This document shows, in pieces, positions 12,392 to 25,329 of a stretch of DNA of 64,000 nucleotides (its first letter is position 1; each line of letters starts with the position of its first letter). Position numbers and translations under genes: made by a program. Origin of the DNA: Camelus dromedarius. Its lineage: Eukaryota. The notes under the pieces were generated by a model that saw only the letters and a list, made by a program, of their open reading frames with translations, made no database searches and was not told the DNA's origin. The stretch lies in contig NC_087447.1 of NCBI RefSeq assembly GCF_036321535.1, forward strand, positions 41,666,001 to 41,730,000. Reading direction: 5' to 3'.

Positions 12392-13015
12392 TGAGACAGG
12401 AAGCGGGCTGGGCACAGCCATTCAAGGAACATACAGCAATTAACATCAAAATGGTGGAAGATTCAACCCACAGTAGGCTTCGAGGCTCAAGATGGTGGGA
12501 GATTTGACTTTGAGCTTCATTATATGCCCATTGTAATATATTAACATGGTGAATAACACGCCCACAGGTGCCATGACAGTCCCAAGGCTAGCCACAAAAG
12601 GTCAAAGAGTGGGAAATGGCCAACGTTCTGGGAATCCCAGCCCCTTGCCCCGGGTAGTTAGACTAGTCCTTCCACTTATTAGCTTATGAAGCCACCAAGC
12701 CCATAAAAACTGGCAACACGGTGGTGCCTCATGGTGACTGCCCTCTCTCTCTCCCTCTTCAGAGAAGGCCCACACTCTGTCTATGGAATGTGTATCTACG
12801 TTTAATGTGAGCACCCAACCCCCACACCTCATGGCCTTTCTCTTGCTTTTCAATGTACCTCTCTGAATAGATCTACCTTCACTCAACTGTGGCTCTCTCT
12901 TGAATTCTTTCCTGCACAAAGCCAAGGATCCACACTTGGCGGGGCACATCCCAGGGGCTCAGCCAAAGCCTGGGGCACGGCCCTCCTCACGCCCCACATC
13001 CGTTTTCCTGCATCA
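12392..13015 (+). mobile_element. ERV1 MER41-like solo LTR
   Basis: Inverted termini TGAGACAGGAA...TTCCTGCATCA; MER41-like blocks GCCATGACAGT, GTTCTGGGAA..GCCCCTT, CCATAAAAACTGGCAAC, TGAATTCTTTCCTGC; short CTG(C/T) flanking repeat. Confidence 0.75.
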
Positions 13016-15689
13016 CTGTGATGTATCAATTTAAAATGTCTTCCACCACAAGAACAAAAAACTCAACTCAAAATGGCAGAAAGCGAAGGGGGCTGTGGGT
13101 TCACACCCTGAAACCACAGAAGTAGAACAGGCTGCAGAACGGGTCAACTTAGCAGTCCAGCAACTTCATCAAGGGATCCTCTGTTTTCCATCTCTCCACT
13201 CTGCCACCCACAGAGAGAGCTACCACCTAGAGCTGGCCCCTGTTACAGTCTCAGTGTGGGACCACATATGTCCCCCATTCTTATCTAGCAAAAGAGAGGG
13301 AATTTTTTTTTTTTCCTGGAAGCAACCAGTAAACTTCAGCAAGCTCACTGGCCTGAATGGGACCAGTACCTCTCACTGGGTCTACAATAATGGCCTGGAA
13401 ATGGAATTGCAGTGGCCTGAGTCTTCAGGAATGGAGTGGTCTTGGGGGAGAGATGTGAATACCCTAGTAAAAGTTGTGGTAGTTGCTAAGATCTCGAAGA
13501 ACAGATGTTGGAGAGGCTACCCCAAGGCTTTCTTAGAAATCTATTACCCCAGTTTTGCTGAGAAGAAACTGAAGTTCAGAGAGGGTACGCAACTGTGTAA
13601 GTGGTGAAGTCAGGATTCTCACCTCAGCTGTCTGGATACCTTGGGGAACCAAACTAAAGAAAAGCCAGAATAGTCACCTCTTCACCCTCAGCCTAAAGTG
13701 TGTAGGTGGGAAAGGGCAGCAGGAGGTTCATGAAGCTGGAAAGATCTCTGCCACTGTATTGGCACCAGGAGCCCTGAATCAACCCACCCTACAAATCTGA
13801 TTCAGCTTTGAATCCCACATCAGCTGGTACCACGCCTGACTCAGCAAATGTCTACAAACTGGAGAGAAGAGACTACAGATCTATTACCCACGATGGTGAG
13901 TTCTAGAGCACTGCTTCCCAAGTCTGTTCTGGGTTAAATCAATGCTGTGGGCTAGCCTGGGAGCCTTGCCACAAAGCGTAATATTGCTCCTCATATGGGA
14001 TGTCTTCCAAGTTCCAAAGGATAGATTTGCAAATATATTTCTGGAGCACAGCCTCTTCCACTGCTGGGAACTGCCTTTCTTTGACTTGTTTATTCAGGAG
14101 AGCTGTTCTGGACTTTCACCCAGCAGTTGCCTGGCAGGAGGTGACCTGGCTTTGGCCAACAGAGGGTGGGGCCAGCAGGGGGTAAGCTGCTAGCTACTGC
14201 TCAGTGCTAACCGGGCACCAAGCTACCATGGGAAGGAAGAAGGGCAGAGCATTTAGATGCTGGTCTCTGACCAAGGGCTTCATTTAACGAGCACGAGTCT
14301 CCCCCTCCCGCACCACTTCCATTTGGAAAGAGAGAGACAAGGTCGTGTGCACTCATGTGACTCGAAGAACTTTTGCAATTTTTGAGGGTCAGTGAGTATG
14401 AATGTTCCTTTAAGCAGCTGCTGTTTCTCATTCCTGCCGAGGCCTCTCACGAGGCAGCATCAGGTAGGAGCATCACGGCCTGCCACGGCCACACTGGCCT
14501 TAAAGATTTCTGTGGTCTATTTTGAGCGATTTTACTGTTCATGGTCCTGGCAAACTTATCCACTTTCTGACAATGTTTAGAGTCTGATGTAAGTGTAAAC
14601 TAGATAATGACCTTTAAAGTCATGGCATGATGTTCTGTTTAAAGCTTTGATTTACTCCTCAGAGCATCTGCAAGGTCCTCTGACCCCTCCACATGGCCTC
14701 TTGTAGACCTCCCCAGGTTTCTGTCCACTTGCTGGGCGGGGCTGGTGTGTGATGGGCAGAACTTTTACGTGTCTTGGGTCATGAGGCACGTCTGAGCCCG
14801 CGGAGACCACGCCTTACGTCCTGACACTCTTGCAGCCTGTTCTGAGATGCGTGATACTGACTAGCTCATCTGAGGCATATCTTTCTCTCTGGACATTTAA
14901 GGATCTTCCCCGAAACACATGTGAGAGCATGCCACTAGCTCCCCACAACAAGTCATTACTAAGACTTGGCTAACATTTCAAGTTTGACATGGTTAAAACA
15001 ATACCATATCTGCAGCTTAACTTTAGGTGACTCACCAGAAGAGCTATTTAAACAGAATTTGTAGCGAATAAGATTACATTTGTTCTAAGAAAAACAGATA
15101 TAAAGGACAAAAGGCTAATGCAATATTTTGAAATGCTCTTTTTAAGCTCACAGAAGCCCTGCTGTATTTTCTTGACAGCATCCTAGTTACTGGGCACAAC
15201 AGGAGGGGTAAGAAATGGTATCTAAAACACTCAAACAACCATGTCCTGACACCATCCAGCCAGAGTGTGTGTTCATCAAAGGACAGGTTTGCAGAAACAG
15301 TGATCTCGTTCATCTAGTCCCCAGGGAGCCTCATTAGTACCTTTGCAAAATAACATTTGTCAGGATAGAGCTTGGATAGCCTCACAAGGGGCAGAGTTTA
15401 CCAGTCCCCTACTTACACTGTGGTTGTCTTCAGTTCCCTTGGCAATTACTACCATCTCTTCCCACCCCAGAGTGAAGAACCAGATTGAGGCTTCTGGCTC
15501 TGACATTTGGGCCAGAACAGGGTTTCTTTGGGGAGCAAGGGATCAACAGATGCATAGGATGGCAGGCTCACACACTACTCAAATCAAACACACAGGTAAG
15601 CACCAATCTTGTTATTCTCCCAAGAAGTTGTTTCTCAGCCTGAAACAAAAGAAAATCCAGAACCTTCAAGGCCCTATCAAGAGAATCTC

Positions 15690-16910
15690 CAGAAGACAAA
15701 TACAGTGTAATCTCACTCATATGTGGATGCTTTAAAAAAAAAAAACTGAACTCATAGAAACAGAGTATAGAATGGTGGTGGCCAGGGACCAGAGGGATAA
15801 TGGGAAAATGGTAGATGTCGGCCAAAGGGTACAAAGCTTCAGTTAGAAGATGAATAAGTTCTGGGGATTTAATGCACAGCGTATTAACTATGGTAGATAA
15901 TACTGCATTGTATACTTGCAATTTGGGAAGAGGGTAGATCATTTTTTTAATTTTTTTAAATTGAAGTATGGTCAGTTTACAATATTGGGTCAGTTTCTAG
16001 TGTACAGTATAATGTTTCAGTCATACATATACTTACATACATAATCCTTTTCATATTTTTTCATTATAGGTTAGCACAAGATGTTGAATATAGTTCCCTG
16101 TGCTACACGTAGAAGCTTCTTTTTTTTTTTTATCTATTTTACATACAGTAGTTAGTATCTGCAAATCTCAAACTCTCAATTTATCCCTTCCCACTCTCTT
16201 CCCTCCCTGGTAACCATAAGTTTCTTTTCTATGTCTGTGAGCCTATTTCTGTTTTGTAAATAAGTTCATTTTTGTCATTTTTTAAGATTCCACATATAAG
16301 TGATATCATACGGTATTTTCCTTTCTGTTTCTGGCTTACTTTACTTACTATTACAATCTCCAGGTCCATCCATGGTGTTGCAAAGGGCATTATTTTATTC
16401 TTTTTTATGGCTGAGTAGTATTCCTTTGTGTAAATATACCACAGCTTCTTTATCTAGTCCTCTGTTGATGGATATTTAGGTTGCTTTCATGCCTTGGCTA
16501 TTATAAATAGTGCTGCTATAAACATTGGGGAGCACGTGTCTTTTTGAATTATAGTTTTCCCCAGATATATGCCCAGGAGTGGGATTGCTGGATCCTATGG
16601 TAGGCCTATTTTTAGTTTATTGAAGGAAAACTAGAAGGAGATTTGAGGAATCTCCATACTGTTTTCCATAATGGCTGCACCAAACTACATTCCCACCAAC
16701 AGTGTAGGACGATTCCCTTTTCTCCACACTAAGAGGGTAGATGTTAAATATTCTCACCACACACACAAACACAGATACACACACACAGTAACCATGTGAG
16801 GGGATGGATGTGTTAATTGTAATCATTTCACAAAGTATATGTGTATCAACTCATCACATTGAACACTTTACATATATACCATTTTATGTGTCGATTATAC
16901 CTCAAAAAAG
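15690..16910 (+). mobile_element. L1MA-like 3' end interrupted by a younger antisense L1
   Basis: GAAGACAAATAC..CTCACTCATATGTGG..GATGAATAAGTTCTGG continues after 16742 as TTAAATATTCTCACCAC..GATTATACCTCAA. Confidence 0.8.
15941..16730 (-). mobile_element. Younger L1 3' end (same family as 1322-2242)
   Basis: Clear similarity to 1322-2080; TSD AAGAGGGTAGAT at 15928-15939 and 16731-16742. Confidence 0.88.
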
Positions 16911-17381
16911 CTGTTGGGAGAAAAAAGAAAGCCTAAAAAATAGAGACTCTCCCAGAGAGGAGAATCTCCAACGGGAATCTTTACGGCCCAATCCAGTCCT
17001 CTCGAGTCTTCCCTCCTGCTTAGGGTCTCCCACTTTACCTCCCACTGCCATCGTCACATTAGCCACATCAGGGGGACACTGGCACTTCTATAGTAGAATG
17101 CTAACTCCTTCCCTCAACTCGTCTTTACACAGCTGAGACAAGTTGGAACCTTTCCAAAGCTTTTACAAAATTCTGAGAAAGAACAACAGGGGTATAAACA
17201 AGAAAATACATGAAGCATAAACATGACCAGGCTTGTGCAAGACATTAACAATGGTAATGTTTAGGGAATGAGACATGCAAGGAGGACTCTTGTACATTAT
17301 AACCTTGTTTGACTTTTTACAAGAATTATATTTAATTTACAAATAGTACACATATATTTAACACATATGGTATTAGTTGGG

Positions 17382-17582
17382 TTTTTTTTTCATTGAGATG
17401 TAGTTGATATACAGTATTATATAAGTTCCAGGTGTACAATATAGTGATTTACAATTTTTAAAGGTTATACTCCATTTATAGTTATTATAAAATATTGGCT
17501 ATATTCCCTGTGCTGTACATTATGTCCTTATAGCTTATTTATTTTACACATAGTAGTTTGTCCCTCTTAATCCCCTATCCCT
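17382..17582 (-). mobile_element. Short L1 3' end
   Basis: T tail then ATTGAGATGTAGTTGATATACAGTATTATATAAGTT...ATATTCCCTGTGCTGTACA. Confidence 0.75.
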
Positions 17583-20500
17583 TTTGGTCCTAACATAGAA
17601 TCCTTGTTCCCATGTTGCGCTCTACCCACAGATTTGCACCCTGTTTACTCTGGGACTCTTCCTTCTGCTCCTTCCTACCTCCAACACTCCCCAACAGGCC
17701 TCACAGATCAACTGGGGAGAACAATGGTGATGAGTTTTATCCTTCACTCAACAAATATGCTACTACGTGCCAACTCTCATGCCAAACACTGAGTAATGGG
17801 CTATTACACACCTTCCCTGCTTATCAGTACCACTCAGATGCCTTTTCTCTTGGATAGGAGATGGATCAAGGGTCATCTCCTTGAAACTTCATTCTGTGTC
17901 CATCTACAAAGTCCCAGATCTTATACACACACAAAAAAAAAGGGGGGTTGGGGGAAGATCTTGGTTGAAAGAATTATCCAGAGAAAATAGAAATGAAGTC
18001 ATTTACATATAAATGGTTCTTCCAGGAGACAGCAAATTTTAAAAATCCCCCTTTCTGATTTGGAGCAGCAGAAAGCTACTAATACAGTCAAGACTAGTAG
18101 GTCTCTGTCTTCTGGGCGCCTCCTGTGAGGTGACTAAGGGCCCTTATTAGGCCAGTCTAAGCTTATGACTGTTAACCCTTCCCTTGCTCTTTACCTGTGC
18201 TTCAGGGAGGTGCTATTCCTCTCCTCCCTCTCATCACCTAACTTGGGCTCAAGAATTCTCACCTGGGAGTGATTCAGATTGGGCTAGTCTTCGTTTTCCT
18301 AGGGACCCTTCTTCCTTAACCTGCTTCAGTTTCCTCAAGGAAGACAAAGATAAAACATTTGGAGACATCACAAATGAACATCATCTCAAGGTTAACAGCC
18401 ACCTCTGCTGAGAAGAGTACTTCACAAGGGCACTTTTGAGGAACACTACCCACTGGCACACCCGTGGGAGAACAGTCTGTGCCTGGGGAATTTGCCTTCG
18501 GTATGGCTTTCATGACATCACTGGCCCAGGAGGAAAGGGCATCCAAACCTAAACCTCACAGTCCGGACCACTATGTGGACTTCCTTGGAAGGTTGCCAGA
18601 GATCGGGGAGCCTGCCCTTCTCTCCTGCACTCCAGAAAGTTTGTACCACAGGGTGAGACCAACAGGACTTAACGGTCTGAAAGAAGGAAACCTCTTGTGT
18701 GACCCAGCAATCCATCCTAGGAAATGACAGGCCAGATGGTACTCAACTATACAAACATATATTCTGAAATCCCCCAAATTCTTCAAGCCACTTTGCTAAA
18801 ATAAATCAACACATAACCATCCTAGAATCATTTCAAGAATTTATTCCTAAGAAAACAGCAGGTGGCAGCAAAGTTTTACATTTTTTTACCCTTTGGACGT
18901 GAACGAAAACAAAGTGTCATGGAATTATCTCCTCATCTCGGAGTCAGCCAGCTGGCCCAGAAACTGGCACACTGCCATCTTGTAACGTGGAGAATATAGA
19001 GCCTTCTGGAGTGGGCTCTGTCCATTTTGACAAGAGAACCCAAAAATGTCACCCCAAACCGGAGGCCTGGCCGGTTCTGCAAGTGAGACAGGAAAGTGAC
19101 TGGCACAGAGTGGCCTCATCACAGGGACAGAGGCTGTGGCTGTGAGTCTCGTGTTCTCTTGCCTAACGTCAAGGAGTTGCTCATTCACACTGGGGAGGCC
19201 CCCACAGAAAACTGAGTATGATTACGTGGAAGTATGCCTAAGGATTGTGCGTATGCCTCACAGCATTTTCAACATCTCTTATGATGTAACCCACGAGAAG
19301 GAAGATAGGGGAGACATGGCTGGGGTTTAAATCTGGTCTCTGATGCACCTAGAGATTTCGAGACCTCTGAAAGCTACCTCACCACCCCACGGCTACTGAA
19401 GCTCTAGGGTTGGGGGCAGGCAGTGCCAAGATCACTGTCTGGTTTGGTCTCAAATGTCTTCCTTGCCTTAGTATTGTGTTTGGCTCCCAACTTCAAGTTG
19501 TGGCTGGAAAGTTTCCACTGCCACAGCACAGCACTGGAGTTTGGAACCCAAGTTTTCGCTGAATTGTTTTGCAGAACAAATCCAGTTTTGCCTTTATGAA
19601 TTGACTGGCCGGTTTATTTCATCCCAAAATGTTGCTTTAGAACTTGCTCAGACCCATTTTAGATGGAACAGTTTAATTTCCATCCAGGAGGAAACTCTCT
19701 CCTTGTTAAAAGTAGGGATAAAGAGGGGTGGGGATGGACTAGAGGATTTTGCATAGTTATTATTTTTAAAGACACAAAATTTGTTATGGAAAAAAAAGAC
19801 AAAATTGTAGACCTTGTTTTCAAGATTCTAAACAGATTTTACAAGCAGATGTATTTGTGGGTTTTCTTTTTGTAAGTGGAATTGACAAAAGGGAGTAGCT
19901 TTGGGCTTTTGCAAGTTATAAAACTACATCTGCAGCATTAGCAGCTCCTGCTGATCAAAGAGAACATTCCTAAAAGGTGCAGTGGAGGTAGAAGTTTATT
20001 TATTTAAGTGTATCATGAGGTTTGAGTCCCAAACACACGGTATTTGTCTTTCCTGCAGAAAATGTGATCTTGTTCTGAGGACCTAAGGACAAACTTCACA
20101 GCTCTCTGCACAGAAAGGGTCCTTTAAAATTATCTACTCAAAAAAAACATTTTATAATTCCTTTGACTGTAATAAGCAATATCTTTTGAGGCAACTTGCA
20201 GTGAATGTTCCAGAATTTATATCAACATTTAATTCCCTCTCTGTATGTTCTACACTCCCCAAATATGATGTTAAATCATTTAACACAAAGAATTGACAGC
20301 ACCAGGAAAATATTTGGATAACTGTCTGGAGTTGCCATTATTGGCTTTAATTATGACCTACTGGCTCTGGGGTCCTGAAGCAGCCAGAAAATGAGGTATG
20401 TATGCCAAAATATTCATTAGAATTCCCTTCTCAGTCATTGTTCAGAAAGAAAAAGTTTCCTTCTGGCCCCCAACTTCAGTGCTTTAAGTGGAATCATTAA

Positions 20501-20879
20501 TATGCCAGATTTTTTAAAGGATCAGTCAGAAAACAAGATTATGCGCCTACCTTGTACTTTGCATTAAAAAAGAAATCTTGAAGAGGTCAAATGTCCCTTT
20601 GCTCTCTTTCTATTACCCTGAAGAATTGTTTTGCAGCCATGAAGTCACCAGGTACTCTCCACCCAGGCCTCCTCCTCCTGCTCTCTTGAAAAAACAATCC
20701 TATAAGCTTTGGAACTGGACATACAAGTGAAGCACAGTTTGAACCTCCAGAGGAACTAGTCAGGAAGGATGGTCTAGTTTTTTTCTGCTCTTCGATGCTC
20801 ATTTCTCCTGAATATAATAAGATTTTAGAATGGTGGCACTAGAGGGGAGGGATCAGAGATCGTTGATTCCATCTCCTAA

Positions 20880-21057
20880 TTTTATTACTTTTAAAAAATA
20901 CTTTATTTATTTACTTTTTTATTTATTTATTTTTGCAGAGGGAAGGTAATTAGGTTCATTTATTTAGTTAGTTTCTCCATGGAGGTACTGGTGATTGAAC
21001 CCAGGACGTTGTGCATGCTAAGCATACACTCTACCACTTGAGCTAAATCCTCTCCCC
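20880..21057 (-). mobile_element. tRNA-derived SINE (vic-1-like)
   Basis: Reverse copy; TSD TCCATCTCCTAA at 20868-20879 and 21058-21069. Confidence 0.88.
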
Positions 21058-21189
21058 TCCATCTCCTAAAGATGAATCTAAGGTGAAATGGTACACTGGC
21101 TGTTTCAGTTTGGGTTCTGGCAAGAGCAGGTTTTGTGTGTGTTTTTTTTTTTTTTTAAATCACACCATTTTTCATTGTTACTATTAAAA

Positions 21190-21420
21190 AGAGTTGCCAT
21201 TTAATGGGCATTTACTACACTGCCAGGCAGGGGCTGGTGCTTTCATACAGTTGCATCATTCATCCTCACAACAAGCCTATAAGGTAAATATTATTATCCT
21301 CATTTTATAGCGAATGAAACTGATAGTCAGGTTAAGTGCATTGCCCACAATTACAGGACTAGAAGAAAGAAGAGTCCATGAGCAAACTCAAGACTGCCTG
21401 ACTTCAAAGCCTGTGTCCTT
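21190..21420 (-). mobile_element. MIR SINE
   Basis: CATCCTCACAACAAGCCTATAAGGTA..TTATTATCCTCATTTTATAG..GAAACTGA. Confidence 0.7.
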
Positions 21421-22585
21421 TACTCTTTCCCCCTGTTGCCTGCCAGATGAAACCAGGCCAGAGTGCAAATCAAGCTGGGAGATCATGGGCTCTCACATCG
21501 CTTTAATATTCAAATAATGGGGTGAGGAAAGAGTCCTCCACAGTGATAAAGTAGAGAAGGATGCCTGTGTCCAAGTAGTCCCCAGTTACCAGAATGTGCA
21601 AAGCTATCAAAAGGGACCATATAGTTGTAACTATTTCCCATTATCTACTCGTCATGTTCAACAAGACAGTTTACTCTGAAAACTTTTGAAAGACTTCCCA
21701 GCTTTTAATAAAAGTTGGCTGATTCAATGTTGACAATTTGTCTTTCATTTAATAGAAAATTGGTGAGGGAAATTTGGGAGGGATGCTTATTTTGGGAAAA
21801 AATAATTTGGATTTTTTTGTGTATGTGTGCTCAGGGTCAAACGGGGCTGGGAGAGCAGATGTGGTATAAATTAGGGAAGTTTATCTGATCGTTGTCCACA
21901 GTGGCACAGATGATGGAGTTATTGCCTGGAAATGCTTGTGTTTTCCACTGAAACATGGTTTGGGAAAGAAACTGACATTTTAGAAAAACTAATAAAGTTA
22001 AGATAAAGTTGGAATGTTACGTGTTAAACTAAAGACCATGAGATGGAGACATTCAGGGGAAACATCCAAGTTTGTTAACTTAGGTGCCAGTGAAAACTTT
22101 GTGTAAACTGAAACTTTACTTTCTCCCAAAGGAAAAAAATCATATACCTGGATAAGTTATAAGTAACCTGCCTGGACCCTGCTCCACAGTTTCTTCTCTC
22201 TGAAAATGAAGTCACTCAAACCCCTCTGCAGGTAGGTATGCGCCTGGTCGGGGTGACTTAAGGAGCATCACCTTCACGGTGGGCTGTTTGTTTCAGGGTC
22301 AAATCACCTGATCTACTGCTACCCTCCTAATTCAAGCCAACGTCACCCCTCATCTGGACCACCACAGTCATAGTGTATCCAGTGCCCGGAACAAGGACCA
22401 GCAGAGAGTAGTAGCTTAATAAAATATTGTTGATTGATTGAATAAATGAATAATTGCATGAGATCCTGCTTGCGCTGAATCAGTGACCCCGTCCTAGTTC
22501 CCTGACCATCGATGTGTGCCTGGTACTGGGACGGACCAGCCATGATCCCTAACCCTCGGACTACAGCCCTGCCCTTTGACAGCAG

Positions 22586-22984
22586 TGTATTAGTCTACTA
22601 GGGCTGCCATAGCAAAATACCACATACTGAGTGGCTTAAACAACAGAATTTTTTTCCTACCGTTCTGGAGGCTAGAAGTCCGAGATCAAAGTGCCAGCAA
22701 GTTTGCTTTCTTCTGAGGACTTTCTTTAGGCCTGCAGATGGCCGCTTTCTCTTTGTATCTCCATACAGTCATCCCTCGGTCTGCGTGTTGTCTCTGTCCT
22801 GATCTCCTCTTCTTACAAGGAAGGACACCAGTCATACCGCACCAGGGCCCACATGTAAGACCTCATTTTACCTTAATTCCCTCTTTAAAGGCTTTATCTC
22901 CAAATACAGTCACATTCTGAGGTGCTGAGGGTTGTGACTACAACCACGAATTTGGGAGGGAGAGACACAGTTCAGCCAATAACA
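22586..22984 (-). mobile_element. MaLR MLT1-type solo LTR
   Basis: TGTATTAGTCT..GGGCTGCCATAGCAAAATACCACA...TCTCCAAATACAGTCACATTCTGAGG...AGTTCAGCCAATAACA. Confidence 0.85.
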
Positions 22985-23298
22985 AAGTGTCACCAGCGGA
23001 ATCCTCTCTCTGCCTTCTACAGCTGGGCTTCTCTGGGGCCTGCCTAGGGTTTGCTCCTAGAAAGCCCACTACTGTGCGCTCTGCCATTCCCCCTACCCCG
23101 CTGCTTCCTGCTGTTCCTCCTTGCTGCCAGCTCTTTACAGCACAGCCACCTGTTGTCTGTTACCACACCCTGAGCTGGCTCACTTCCCATCACCTGCAGC
23201 CGGTCTTCTATCCAAACACTTGCCCCTGCTGGCTGCAGTTAACCCTTCTATTTCTGGGTGTGTTCATGGGTACAACCCTAAATCTTAAACTAACTAAC

Positions 23299-23767
23299 TG
23301 TTGAAAAAACAAAATTCAGCTGAGTAAATTTGAAGATCTAATGGGCTTTATTCACTGATTCACGAATGGGGCAGAATCCCACCTGGCAACTAGATGTTCC
23401 TCGGAGGGGTTCTACAAAACAAAAAATTTTTACAGCAAGAAGGACAGGGTAAGGGAGCTATTAGCAAAAGAAAAGAAAGGATTATTTTTAGGCAAGGACA
23501 TCTTTTTGGGTGGGGGGTGGGGCAGTGGGGGAGGGAATGGCAAGGTTTTTATCGTGCACAGTGCTTCTCCTCCCTCTGGGGGATGGAGAGGGCCTATGTG
23601 ACAGATGATCTCGGAGGTGCTGACCAGAAAATTCCATACTGGTTGATTAAGATTATGCTTCTGGGGGAGGTCGAAACTGCAATTAAATCGGGTATTAAGT
23701 CTAGGTTTGGGATTGTGGGCTCTAGCACAAGTGACACCATTTTGGGCCTGTAGCTTTCTCTTTAACA
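23299..23767 (-). mobile_element. ERV1-class solo LTR
   Basis: TGTTGAA...TTTAACA inverted termini; minus-strand AATAAA at 23352-23347; about 470 bp. Confidence 0.6.
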
Positions 23768-23889
23768 CTACATACAAACATAAGTCTTGGTCTCAGTCTG
23801 TTATGATCACTGGGGTGCATTTTTGAAATAACTGAAGAGTGATAATGTCTGGGCTGAACAAAGTTAAGTGGCCTCGCAAAGATAAAATT

Positions 23890-24032
23890 TTACTCACAAA
23901 CACGCAATGACATGATGCCCCACCCACACGAGAATCTAGTTCAATTGGTTTGGGATGGGGCCCGGTGTCAGTATTTTTTTAAAAGCTCCCCCAAGTGGTT
24001 TTAACAGGCAGAAAAGGTTAAGGATCACTGCT
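23890..24032. mobile_element. MER5-like MITE fragment
   Basis: ATTGGTTTGGGATGGGGCCCGG..TTTTTAAAAGCTCCCC..GGTTAAGGATCACTG. Confidence 0.55.
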
Positions 24033-25329
24033 CTTATTGGCAGAACAAACCTATCCAATTGAGACAAAAACTAGGCTGGAACACGAGAGTAAAACTAAGC
24101 TGGGAGATCCTGTCCCATCTGTGACATGTGCATGTCCTGTGGCGAGTCTCCCCAGGGTCCAGTCCCATCCAAACGCGGAGGTGGCGGCTCTCCCTTCGGC
24201 TCTGTCTCTCCTTTGATGTGAAGCACCCCGCTCTGATCTGAGAAGTTGGGGGCGGCTTATTAGTGTCTTCTGCCACACAAAGCAATCTGGATGCGGCTCC
24301 ACAGTGACTCTGGACACAGACAAGTGTCACTTCAGCTGGGCCCTCTGGCTGTTGATGATGAAAGACCCTCGACAGTGGTGAAAAGAACAAGATAACATAG
24401 CTCTTGGGCTCAGCAACAGTGGGATTCACTCAAGTGGCAGATAAGCTCCAGGCATTGACCAGCCTCCAAAATCTTCCAGCGGCTGAGCTGCAGTCTCTCC
24501 ACGCCGCTGTCCTCCTCTTGGTGGGACTCTTCCCCCACCAGGCCTCCTTCCAACCTCCTAGGTCCCTGCTGTCCCCCATCCCAGAGGACCCTGGGGTGAA
24601 GGGGCTTAGTCAGGCTCTCCCTCTAGTCTCTTTTTAATATGTTTGTAGGTCAAAGCCAATCCCTCATGCTTCCGGCCTTTCCTTTTGATTCTCAAGGGCC
24701 TTTTCTTCTCTCAACAAAACCTGGTTCTCTGCAAATAAAAGGCTTTGGCTTTCAAAACTATTATTTTTGATGTGGGCTTCAAGAGGCTATTTTAAAAGTC
24801 AGAAAACTGAACATTGACTGTTTTATTTCAACCCTTTCTTTCTCTTTGCATTCCGGTTTTACCAATCCTAATTCTCCTTGAGGCAATGTTTCTGATTCAC
24901 TAGGGGAAAGGTCAAGTGGAAAAAGTGTAGCAAGGAAAAGCACGAAGATTAACCTTTCAAGATACTCTCTCTGTGTAAGAAATACTGCCACATTGGTCAC
25001 TCCAGCCCCCCACCCCCACCCCACCCTGACAAGTGAGCAGGCCAGGATGTTCTGGCCGAGTCTACACAGGCAGAATGAAGTGGAGAATCAAGATTTAGCT
25101 TGATAATAAATGTTCTAAATGACAATTATTAAAACGTTGTTTTCTTCAACAAGGCAATGGCAAGAAAACAAAAGGGAGGCAGATTGCTCTAGGATAAAAA
25201 AAAATGTTAGCGATAGAACACTCTTGTTTGGAGTCTGTTTTGAACTAACCACTGCTGAAAGCCATTTTTGAGTTCAAATAAAGCAAATTTGTTTATGGAC
25301 TGGGTATGAGATGATATCACAAAATTATT

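Noticed and set aside
13095..13607. 170-aa ORF
   Set aside because: GTG start; runs through degraded LTR-like and MIR-like sequence; no homology recognised.
18330..18727. Exon-like segment (ttcag acceptor, gtgag donor) with ORFs of 75 and 87 aa
   Set aside because: No frame is open from acceptor to donor and I recognise no protein. TBLASTX against mammals would be needed to exclude a decayed exon.
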